Below the pieces are notes generated by a model that saw nothing but the letters and a program-made list of their open reading frames with translations, was not told the origin of the DNA and did no database searches. From Glaucostegus cemiculus (taxonomy: Eukaryota), in contig CDPCPM010000007.1 in the NCBI GenBank assembly GCA_976551045.1, forward strand, positions 7,812,001 through 7,876,000: 64,000 bases of DNA. Reading direction: 5' to 3'. Below, piece after piece: positions 36,126 through 47,303 of this stretch (positions within the stretch are counted from its first letter, which is position 1; every line of letters begins with the position of its first letter). A program made the position numbers and the translations under genes.

Positions 36126-38298
36126 TATCACAAATGCGACAGGGGGTGCTTGACAGGTTGGGTAGTGTGTGAGGTAATGTGCTCCTTCCACTGCATGCCC
36201 AGGGTTTCTGGGTTCTCCCAATACTCGGTATTTAGAGCACTGGTGAAACCATATCTGGAATACTGTGTATGGAAGGATATACTTGTGATGGGGGAGAGCA
36301 GGGAGAGTTCCCTAGACTGACTTCTGGAATGATGGAGTGATTAAGAAGACTAAGCCTGTACTTTCTTTAGAAGAATTACATGTGATCTCATTGAAATGTA
36401 CAAAATTGTGAAAGGGCTTGAAAGGATTGTTGCAGAGTTCACGCTTTTCCTGGCTGGCTCATCTGGAACCAACGTTACAAAACAAAGGGCTGGCCATTCA
36501 GGAAAAGCATAAGAACTTTCTTCCTCCAGAGAATGATGAACCTTTGGAATTCACTATTCAAGAAGACCATGGTGCCTCAGTTGTTAAATAAATTCAAGAC
36601 AGACATCAATAGATTTTTAAATATTAAGGAAATCAAGGGACATGAGACTGGTGCAGGAAAGTGTTGTGGAGGTAAAATATATCATTGAATGATGTGGCAG
36701 GAACAAGGGGCTGTGTAACCTACTCCTATTTCTGTTTCTCATGTCCTTCTTTTCAAAGGCTTGACAATCTGTTCTAAGGTTTGCTAATAACTCTGTCCTC
36801 ATTAAAAGCCATGTCTTTGATTGTACTATTGATCATACACCTTGGTATATGGCACAGAATCAAAGATTGTCTGAGAAGCCTCCCGTGAAGCACAAGTACT
36901 GTTCAGAAGTAATATCTTACTCCCATAATCTTTGGTATAACTGCCTTGAAATTTACTTTCAAAATTTTAAAGAAGTAACCACTGAGTAAAATGAATTACA
37001 CAGCAAAATTCATGAGGTACTACGAACATTTTATTGGCCTTTATTCATGCCTCTTAGGCTTTCCTAACTTCATCATTTATTGCAGAGAATTTTCTGGTGA
37101 ATCTTTCAATTCTATTTAAAGTAACGGTCCTTGATTTTTTAGCTATCAGTTTGGAGATCAATGAATAAATGCCTTGTGCTGGTCAGCTGCAATTATGAAT
37201 GTTGTGTCTGTGGGTTCTTTAATGTTGCTGTTTGCAACGGAAAATGACAGAGGTAGAACTATTAGCAGAACATCCTTTATTCAGGGCAGTGACTCTCAAA
37301 AGACTCTCAGCAGTGTCTGGTACAACAATGGATCAGAAGTTAGGCTACATAGTATACTCAGTACTTCAAGATATATCTACATTTATTACCTGTCTGTTAA
37401 TGAGTGGCACCTTTAATATTGTACAGACTGTGGAATAACTTAAATGCCAATTGAATTTGGAAGGATGGGAAATAAGATTTTAGGTAATATTAGCTGATAT
37501 AAATACCTTTACCTTGTAAAAATCACATCTTCTGAAGTAAATCATTTCTCACTCCACCTTTAGGTATTTAGTTCATTGAACAGTGGTGAAAGGGAAGAAG
37601 GAATAATCGTGGAAACAAATGGTCAATGTTATAAACCTGTGACTGTACGTTTCTCTTTCTCTGCACCTTGGAAAAGTAGCTGGAGCAGTCAGTTATTAAA
37701 CATTTTGCAACAAGGAAGAGGTATGCCTGAAGCTGTCCATGAAACTAAGACACTGATGGTCTGAAGTGATTACAGCTGAAAATAGAAAGGATTCTGGAGA
37801 AGGTTAACTGTGAGCTTAATTTGAGGAAAGAAAGGAAGAAACTTCAAAATGTCAACTCTGTGATAGCAGAAGGAATTAAATTATTGCCCTTGGTCAGAGT
37901 GCAAAGCAGAAGGACACTGAGAGCTTTCTTTAAAATGAAAGAAAGCAGTAGCAGGAAAGAATAAAATAAATAGGAATTCTGAGATTCAAGATTCTTAATG
38001 GGATATCTAATATGATCCTTTGGTGATTTGAGGAAAGATTATTTTTATTTAAGGAAATGTACCTTTCTTCTTAGTTTTAAAACATTTCTGGAAGTTGCTT
38101 AAAAGCTACTTTTGGCTAATTATTTCTCAATGGATTTACACGTTATTCCTTGTTTCCTTTTTCCCCAAAGCAATACAAATGAATCCTGCAAGAGTTCTGG
38201 AAAGGTGATAAGGCAAAAGTTAATAATCAAATAGAGAATAAATTGTAATTATCATTAGCATGATGACATCATCTGCTATAGAACTACTGGTAGAACTA

Positions 38299-38891
38299 TC
38301 GGCTGACTGGCAGAAGGCAGAGAGTAGGAATAAAGGGGGCCTTTTCTGGTTGGCTGCCGGTGTCTAGCTGTGGTCCGCAGGGGTCGGTGTTGGGTCAGTT
38401 CCTTTTCACGTTATATATTAATGACCTGGATGATGGAATGAGGGCTTTGTGGCTAAGTTTGAGGATGATACAAAAATAGGTGAAGGGGCACATAGTGTTG
38501 AAGAAGCAGGGAGTCTGCAGAAGGACTTGGACAGGTTGGGAGAATGGGCAGAGAAATGGCAGATAGAATACAGCATAGAGAAGTATATGGTCATGCACTT
38601 TGGTAGAAGGAATAAAGGCATAGACTATTTTCTAAACGGGGAGCGAATTCAGGAATCGGAGGTGCAAAGAGACTTGGGAGTCCGAATGCAAGGATGTAAT
38701 GCTGAGGCTTTATAAGGCCTTGGTCAGACCACATTTGGAGAAGTTTTGGGCTCCATATCTAAGGAAGGATGTGCTGGCACTGGAGAGGGCCCAGGGGTGG
38801 TTTACAAGAATGATCCCAGAATGAAAGGGTTAATGTATGAGGAGTGTTTGATGGCTCTGTGCCTTACTGAAGTTTAGAAGGATGGGGGAGA
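38299..38891 (+). mobile_element. CR1 RT fragment (left arm of an inverted pair)
   Basis: PQGSVLG, AKFEDDTKIG, LQKDLDRLGEWAEKWQ; internal deletion near 38690. Confidence 0.9.
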
Positions 38892-39704
38892 CATAGGAGC
38901 AGAATTAGGCCATTCGGCCCTTTGAGTCGGCTCTGCCATTCAATCATAGCTGGTTTATTTTTCCCTCTCAACCCCATTCTCCTGCCTTCTCCCCATAACC
39001 TTGGACCCCATTACTAATCAAGAACCCATTAACCTCTGCTTTAAATATACCCAATGACTTGGCCTCCACAGCCATCTGTAGCAATGAGTCCCACAGATTC
39101 ACCATTCTCTGGCTAAAGAAATTCCTCCTCATCTCTGTTCTAAAGAGACGTGCTTCTATTCTGAGGCTGTGCCCTCTGGTCCTACACTCTCCCACTACTG
39201 GAAACATCCTTTCCACATCCACTCTATCCAGGCCTTTCAATATTTGGTAGGTTTCAATGAGATCCCCCCCTCATCCTTCACAACTTCAGCGGGTACAGAA
39301 GCAGAACCGTCAAACGCTCCTCATGTGTTAATCCTTTCATTTCAGGATCATTCTTGTAAACCTTCTCTGGACCCCCTCCAATGCCAGCATCCTTCCTTAG
39401 ATATGGGGCCCAAATCTTCTCACAGTATACCAAATGTGGCCTGACCAATACCTTATAAAGCCTCAGCATTACATCCTTGCTTTTACATTCTAGTCATCTT
39501 GAAATAAATGCTAACATTGCATTTGCCTTCCTTACTGCCGACTCAGCCTGCAAGTTAACCTTTAGGGAATCCTGCACTCGGACTCCCAAGTCCTCAACAC
39601 TACCTGCCCCTCCACTTATCTTTGTATCATCTGCAAACTTGGCCACAAAACCATTGATTCTGTCATCCAGATCACTAACATATAACATGAAAAGTAGCGG
39701 ACTT
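38892..39704 (-). mobile_element. CR1 RT and 3' end, same subfamily (right arm of the inverted pair)
   Basis: FVAKFADDTKISGG, MLRLYKVLVRPHL, RTRGHSLRI; 3' tail at 38892. Confidence 0.9.
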
Positions 39705-39851
39705 AATGGAGGCAAAGTTTTGTTCAGCAATAGTGTATTGGTCATATAAGTTGCTTAATAAGATCTTTGGTCAGTAAAGGACTACCTGATGGTTATTGTA
39801 GACATTATGTGTTTTATTGTCAGCTGCTTTGAAGGTTGCTGCCTTTCTTAG

Positions 39852-40340
39852 AGTCATAAGGTCATAGAGTTGTACAGCAGAGAAATGGGCTTTTGGCCCA
39901 CAACATCCATGCCAACAATTTTGCCCAACAATCCTTATACCATTTGTCCACATCTTTGTTTATTTAGGTGCCTGTTTAAATGTCTCTTAAAGAGGGTAAT
40001 GGTATCTGATTCCACACTTCCTCTGGCATTGAGCTCCAGATGTCAAAGTTGCTTTTATATTCTAGTCCTCTGTGTAAAAACTTTCACCTCAAAACCCCTT
40101 TAAAGCTCCTTCCTCTCACCTTAACCCTGTCGCCTCTCGTTTTTGATACCTCTACTATGGGAAAAAAGTTTCTGTCTATATATGTGTTTGTGTGTCTTAT
40201 AATTTTATATATCTCTACCTCGTCATCTCACTGTCTCCTTTGTTCCAGGGAAAATAAACCTAGTCTATCCAATCTCTCCCCATAACTAAATCCTCCAATC
40301 CAGACAATATCGTGGTGAAGGTCCTCTGCACACTGACCAT
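39852..40340 (-). mobile_element. CR1 3' fragment
   Basis: SYGERLDRLGLFSLEQRR; tail agtcataaggtcatagag. Confidence 0.8.
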
Positions 40341-40347
40341 CACAACA

Positions 40348-40506
40348 CTTCCGGTTGAAACCTTGCATCAGTATGTCCTGATACAGGGTTTCGACCCAAA
40401 CCATTGACAATTCTTCTCCTCCCGCAGATGCTGCTCGACCTCCTTAGTTCCTCCAGCAGATTGTTTGTTGCTCTAGATTCCAGAATCTGCAGTCTCTCGT
40501 GTCTCC
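40348..40506 (+). mobile_element. Penelope-like terminal repeat with an inverted 5' partial copy
   Basis: tgaaaccttgcatcag / ctgatacagggtttcg inverted pair, followed by cagatgctgctcgacct...ttcctccagcagatt. Confidence 0.7.
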
Positions 40507-40869
40507 CAGTGCTGCCAGTGTCTAGCATCTCAAAGGACCACAGTCTCTGACAGTATTTGGCAGCTATGTTGTCCAGATTCTTGTCCTCTCGGAGGTGGTC
40601 AGGCATGGCCTGGCCTGGCCTGGCCTTTTTGCCAGTTTGATTTAAACAGATCGGCGTGCCTGAGGCACTGGATAATTAGCCATATTCTGGCTGCACCTGC
40701 CCCTCCCCATCTCCATGCCTTCCACTGCTCCTCTGCCAACAAGAAATGGAACTTATGCATTCTTTGGCTTTAGGCTGTTCAAAGCGAGTTGTGTTGTTAA
40801 CAGATTCAGTCAGATTTTCATAGCACCTGAGACAAAAAGGCAAACTAATGAAACAAGTTTTATTTGCAG

Positions 40870-40985
40870 CACCCATTGCCGACACTACAACAGTGACCAC
40901 ATTTCAAAAGTGCTTATTAATTGCCTGTAAAGCTCTTCATGATGTCCTGAGACTGCAAAAGGAGATGGACAAAAGTAAGTTCATT
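40870..40985 (+). mobile_element. DeuSINE-like 3' fragment
   Basis: acactacaacagtgaccacatttcaaaagtgctt..ttgcctgtaaagctc..gatgtcctgag. Confidence 0.6.
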
Positions 40986-41869
40986 TATTCTTTTTATATG
41001 GAATCTCAGTTTGCTGTCCAGGCCTTGGGACCATATTGTTAATCAGTGACTTTCCCAGACAGACAGACATCAAATATGCAACTTTAACTGCATGCAGCCC
41101 ATGTCCAGGATCAAAACCCATCCCTATCACATTGCATGAGAAGTGAGCTTTGGCCACATCAATCACATTATTGACCCCTGCCTTCTCCTCTTTGTTGGTG
41201 ATTTTCTTATGAACTAAACTCTCGGTTAAGAAAAAAAATTGCTGTCAGGTGGTATCCATTATTTGAACTACTTGACTGGAAGAGTATTTTCAGCTGGTCC
41301 TTTAGATAATGCATCCCACCTGGAATTCTTTCTTAAAACAGAGAAAGCAAAATGTCACCACCCATATGATGAAAAAAATACAAGCTGCATTTTTCCACAG
41401 TAGAGTAATATCCTTTCAGGAAAGTTGGCAGAGGATGTGTTTTTTTGTAAATGAATAAATTGTCCTAGTCTTTAAAATATAAAACTCTCTTTAAATTTCA
41501 ATTGGCCTATTGGGACAATTTAAGAAAAATATTATTCAAATAAGTCCTCTTTCATTTAGCAAAGTCACAGTTTAGTTTTATTACACAGTACTTGCAAGAG
41601 AATATAACACCACAATGAGCTTGTTAAGATGGGAACCAGATGCTTTATGGAATTATGATAATTTGATTGCATCACTCAGGGGTGAACTACCTAGAAATTT
41701 TCAATGCGGTCATTCCCATGAGTGGCAATATGATGGTCAGGTAGGAGACAATTTTGGTACCTTGTGACTACTTTTCCAATTAATCCATTCTTAATGTCTG
41801 GCTGGGAATGTATGTTAAGGGAAATCTCTAGATAAAGTAAGTTTTGGGAAAAGGTATTTCCATCATCCT

Positions 41870-42885
41870 TAAGTCAGAGCACAGAAACAAGCAAGCAAGA
41901 AGCACTATATATGCTAATCCCATTTAGCAGCACTGTATGCCTTAGCGATTCAAGTGCTTGCCCAGATGATTCTTAAATGTTGTGAGAGCTCCTGCATCCA
42001 ATGCCCGCTCTTGCAGTGTGTTCCAGACTTCAACTACCCTCTGGGTGAAAAAATTCTTCCTCAGATCCCCTCTAACCTACTTATGCCTCACCTTAAACCT
42101 GTGCCATCCTGTCTTAAGCACCTCTGCCATGGAGAAATGGTTCTAACTATCCACTAGATCTGTGCTGCTCAAAATTTTGTATCCCTTTGTAAGGCCCCCC
42201 TCAGCCTCATCGGCTTCAAGGCAAAGTAAACCCAGCCTATCCAGAGTCTCCCCAAACCTGAACCGTTTCATCCAAGGCAACATCCTCAGCACCATCTCTA
42301 ATGTGATCATTTTTCTATAATGCAGCAACTGGGAATGCACACAATATTCTAACTGAGTTCTTACCAATGTTTTATAAAGTTGTACCAAGACCTCTCTGTA
42401 CTTATATTCTGTGTCCTGGCTAATGATGATAAGCATCCTGTGCGTCTTCTTCACCACTCTGTCTACCCGTGATGTTACCTTCAGGAATCTATGGACCTAC
42501 ATCAAAGTTCCTTAGTACTGTCTAGGGGCCTACCATTCATGGTATCTGTTACCCTGAAATGTCCCTTCCAAAATATATTATCTCACAATTCCCAGGATTA
42601 AATCCCATCTACACATTACTCTGCAAACTTTACCAGTTGGTCTATATCATTCTGTAGCCTAAGACTACCTCCCTCCTCACTATCAACCACACCACCAATT
42701 TTCATGTCATCTGTAGACTTACTAATCATAATACACATCTAAATTGTTAATGTAGATTACAAACAGCAAAGGTTCCAGCCACTGATCGCTGTGCTACACA
42801 GCGGATCACAGGTTCCAATCACAAAAGCAACCCTCCATTATCACCTCTGTCTCCTATAACCAAGCCAGTTTTGGATCCAAAATGC
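41870..42885 (-). mobile_element. CR1 RT and 3' fragment
   Basis: YREVLVQLYKTLVRTQLEYCV, LDRLGL and KSTDDMKIGG on the minus strand. Confidence 0.85.
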
Positions 42886-42971
42886 AGTTCTGTGAGATTG
42901 TAATTCTTTCACAGCTTTTGGCAGAGTCTTCCCATTACCTTTCCAAAGCTGTGTCTGTTTTTATCTGTATA

Positions 42972-43225
42972 TGTGACGTGGGCATCACTGGCAAGGTTGA
43001 TATTCAATGTTTACTCTTCTTGCCCTTGAGAAAGTGCTGGTGAAATGCTTTCTTGAAATGTTACACTCTGTGTGGTGAAGGTACTATTGGGTAAGGACTT
43101 CCAGAATTCTGACATAGCAGTGATAATGCAGTGGCTATATATACCTACATCGGCAAGATGTGGGACCTTAGCAGAATGGGCAAATGGTAGCCTCCCCATG
43201 TACCTGCATTCTCACAACTTAAATC
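42972..43225 (-). mobile_element. 3' end of a second CR1-like LINE family
   Basis: gtgggcatcactggcaagg...ttgcccttgagaaagtgctggtg; homologous to the start of 55428-56080. Confidence 0.55.
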
Positions 43226-44242
43226 TGCTTTCCAGGGACACGTAGTGATGCCTTGAGAAACAGAAAGGAAAAAAGAGCAAAGGATAAGGAAGAGTTTGCA
43301 GAAAGCATTTGGGTAATGAAGGTACAATGTGAGCAGCTCACAAGCAGGAGCTTGTGGCACAGCTGTGTCATAGTGGGAATATTTCATGTATAGAAGTATT
43401 AATAGAAGACTTTTTTTCACCATTTACAAATTTAATTATCCATGTGGCAATCCCAAATTATACAAATCCCATGTATGATTTGGGAAATTTCACATATCTG
43501 TAAATGGAGGAATCAATGAAATTATTTTGGCTAAAGGGGGGTGGGTGTGGAACATGTACAAAGTAGCTGCTGTACTAATCAGTAAAGCAAAGAGGGAAGT
43601 TTAGATTTTGATCCAACTTTCGGATTAATTGCTGATTACCATCATGCAAACTTGCCCAGAGGAGTTACAGCACTTCACTCAAGTAGCTTTCTGGGCTGGA
43701 TTGTTTGCACTCAGCTGTACTGGAGGTATGCGGTGTGCTGGATGATGTACGTTAGAGTGACACAGGATGACTTGGCATCAACAGGAAAGGGTATGCAAGT
43801 TCTAAGGCACTTGAGGCCTGTTGGAGGCAGTCTAGAGAAGGAGGATGTCCTGTACTAGCAGTGGGAAGAGGATGACCTGGCGTTCCTCCTGTCCATGTCT
43901 CCTGGGACAACTAGTGCTGCTGTAACTGGCCTCACCTCAACCTCCAGAGCAAGGGGTCCCTGAACAAGGGCCATAAAAGCCCTCCTTTTCTCCTCAGTGT
44001 CGTCTGAATTGTCTCCAATAGGGACAATAGCACAGCATTCACTCTCTTGAGGTGAAATCCTCAAAGAATTTACAAAATGAAAAAGAATTTACTTCATCAA
44101 GACCTGAGTGGATGAGTGTGTGATGTCAAGAACATACTGATTTTCCCAAACCAGAAGTCCTGGATGCATTTTTTCCCCACTATTTATTTATTTTTTACTT
44201 AATTCAAGTCATTGTATTTATTTACTTATTTTTGTATTTCAT

Positions 44243-44590
44243 TGTATAAAATTATGAAGGGCATAGATAGGGTGGACAAGCAATATCTTTTTCCCATTAT
44301 TGAGAGATCCAATACCAGGGGGTATGCATTTAAGGTGAGGGGGGGTAGGTTCAGAACAGATGTGAAGGGTATGTTTTTTTACTGAGGGAGTGGTGGATGC
44401 CTGGAATGCGTTGCCTGATAGGGTAGTGGAGGCAAATTCATTGGTGACTTTTAAGATGGGCTTGGATGAGCACATTAATGAGAGGAAAATAGACGGATAT
44501 GGGCATTCTGTAGGTAGGAGGGAATAGCTACGTCAGCACAACATTGTGGGCCAAAGGACCTGTTCTGTGCTGTACTGTTCTATGTTCTAT
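44243..44590 (+). mobile_element. Young CR1 3' fragment
   Basis: YKIMKGIDRVD..WNALPDRVVEA; tail tgtgggccaaaggacctgttctgtgctgtactgttctatgttctat. Confidence 0.9.
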
Positions 44591-46741
44591 CAGTCATAGT
44601 CTTATTGAGTGGCAGAGCTGGTGTGAAGGGCAGAATAGCCTTATGATGATGAGATAGCCCATCAGGACCTTTAAATTCCATCTGGCACCAGTGAATGTCT
44701 CCCAGTACTCTGGTTTGCTCTTCACTAGGGCTGTAGTGGAGTCAACAAGGGTACTCCTCTCCTATTGGTACTGGCTACTCCCTAAAGGGCCCACAATTTC
44801 TGTTCCTCCTCCCCAGGTTACAGGCCAATTAACTAAGCTTTTTTCAAATAATGAGGGAGTGGGTGTGAAATAAAGAAAAAGGCAACAAGAAGACAGGCTT
44901 AAAGATCTGACAAACTCAATACTTGAGATTATTAACTACAAAAAGTGCTGACTAATTCAAACTTTCGGCAAATTTCTAATTTAGTGTGGAATGAAGAGGG
45001 TTGGGTTAAAGGTCAGAGTAAAAAATCCATAGTTGAAGATGAACTACAACAACAGGGAAATCTGGATGCTCTGAAAGCTTTTTTTTCCTCAGTGCTCACA
45101 CAATCCACAAACTTCATATTAACTGTTTAATCTCAGCTCACTTTGCATGCCATTGCCACTAAAACTAGTTTTGAGCATTTTCTCTTGCAGTTGCATGCTT
45201 TGCAGCTGAGGCCAATCATTCTCAGAAGGTGGGATTATTTTATTAACTTTATTTTTCAATTTTAGTAGATCAAAGATGTAAATAATAGTTCACTAATATC
45301 CTCCAGTGCCTCTTTAATAAATTGAGTGTCCAGGCCATGCTTTCTCATGACTGATATGCCACCAAATCAATGCAACGATCAGTGAAATATTCCTAGATGG
45401 AGAGTTCTTTCTGATATGTGCCAGCTATGAATATCTTATGCAGCACATTGATAATTGTTGGATGGCAGTTGATTAAATTCAGCTTTCACATCACAGACAG
45501 GAAGTCCCATTCCCTTACAGTCTAAAAACTTAATTGGTAAGTGAGTTACCCAAAAGACACATAAAATAAACAAGCTCTGCCACAGGAAAGAAGGCGGTCC
45601 TCATAAAAAATTTACAGCGTCTCACTGTCACAAGGGAAGTATTTGTGTGAATTTAATTTCACCTCATTTGGCAAAAGAGGGTTGGATGAAATTTGCTGCA
45701 GTTTCCATGTTAAGACAATTGTATTAAAATCTGCTGCTTTATGGAATTTCACAGTCAAAACTGAATTGGAATATCAAGGATAGATTTTAATCTATTCTTT
45801 ATTCAGTTTAAATGTATTGTTATTATTATGTTAACCTCCCAGCCTGGATTTGGTGGCTGCTTAAAACAACGTCAATAAACAACTGCATTAGGTGTTTTGA
45901 TTTTTTGAGTGGCGAAGTAGGTTAGCAAGGCCGAGCAGCACTTCAGCTGTATAAGGGCTCAACATAGCAGTGCTTGTGTTGAGCAAATTATCACGGGTAT
46001 TTTCCACCTTACACATTGTAATTGGGGCAGAAAAGCCAAAAGGGGAGTTTGGGCAGTTTGAAAATAAGTGTTGGGAGCAAGAAGTGTAAGACAGCAGGGG
46101 AAAAATAGGATAGATACTGACCCACTCAAGGCAAGAGAAATAAATGCTGACTAAAGAAATAGAGAATAAAATAAAGGCAAAATCCTGTGTGATACCACAT
46201 AAATACACCTTCTTGACAGCTTAAAAGTGCTTTAGAGGACAATGCTCTATTAAGTCATGCTTTGCTATCAGTAATGTCTGTTCTGGCCTTTTTGGCTGGT
46301 ATGTTGAATGTGAGGTGAACATTACTGGGGCCATCTCAATCCATATTCTCAGCTGAAAATGAGATGTTTGCAGATGGACAATCATGGGCCACTACCTACT
46401 GACTCAATCCTTCTGTAGTCTGGCCGTTTGGCAGGAACAATTTCCATCAGGTACTTGAATATGCATATTAGCTGCCCACACCAGATGTTTGCATTTTAGC
46501 ACGATCTCCTCGCTGCATTAGGTGATGCCAAACTCTTCTGAGTGACTCCTTGGCTATGCTTGGATATTCAATTGCACAACAACAACTTTTTCAACCATGC
46601 AGTTTCTCTTTCCAAAGTGAAACATGGTGAAGACTATTCCCTGTCACTGGAAGTTTGACAGGCCTTGTCCGGGTGTGAGTCCGTTGTGTACAAGATGATA
46701 TTATTTCCATGCAATGCTCTCTTTCAAGCACAACAAAATAA

Positions 46742-47130
46742 TTGGTCTCCCAGCACTCTGAGATGTCCGTAGAGGAATGCTGCTGCCTGGCACATTCCAG
46801 GCTGCAGGAGTATGTGCTGAGGGACGCACTGAAGCTGGGCACAGCCAGCGCATGGGCTCGGTGGGGAAGGACGACAGTCTAGGGTTCTTCTGCCACAGGA
46901 GAGGGAGGGGTAAGGTCAGGCGAGGAAGCCCCTCAAATGTTGTAAATATGTGACTGGGGTATCACCCCAGGGAGCCACACGTGGGGCATCGGTGCCATGT
47001 TCTGTACATATGAAAAGGTAACACTAAGAATAGAACTGTACACGAAAGTAATGGTTTGAACTGTTCTTTTTTATTATTGTATATAGGTTTTTTTTATCAT
47101 GAATGAAATTTATTTTGTTAAAAAAATAAA
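46742..47130 (+). mobile_element. L1/Tx1-like LINE 3' end
   Basis: Open frame LVSQHSEMSVEECCCLAHSRLQEYVLRDALKLGTASAWARWGRTTV* (TAG 46880-46882), then 3' UTR and A-rich end; aaaataa on both sides may be a TSD. Confidence 0.7.
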
Positions 47131-47244
47131 TCACCTGCACAGGAAATGATACAGAAAAAAATAATTGGATCATGTTGCTCTAGGACCAACTACAGTTGGT
47201 TAATTCCAGTGCAACTGGGTCTTCACGGAGCAGCAATGGACCTG

Positions 47245-47303
47245 GCATTCACGGTACTTACACCCTGTGTATGTATGATTATGACAATAAACTTGAACTT
47301 CAA
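47245..47303 (+). mobile_element. Short LINE 3' tail (Rex/Babar-like)
   Basis: tgacaataaacttgaacttcaac terminal motif. Confidence 0.45.

Larger units (their letters stand above)
33430..36748 (+). mobile_element. Old CR1 ORF2 (APE to 3' tail), fragmented by nested insertions
   Basis: EAVWVEMRNNKG, ANVTHLFKK, KFSDDMKI, and tail ggggctgtgtaacctactcct. Confidence 0.8.

Noticed and set aside
37174-37438. ORFs of 68-80 aa in unique DNA
   Set aside because: Non-ATG starts, no recognisable homology, and lengths expected by chance.
40606-40626. (TGGCC)4 tandem repeat
   Set aside because: Short simple repeat with no further structure.
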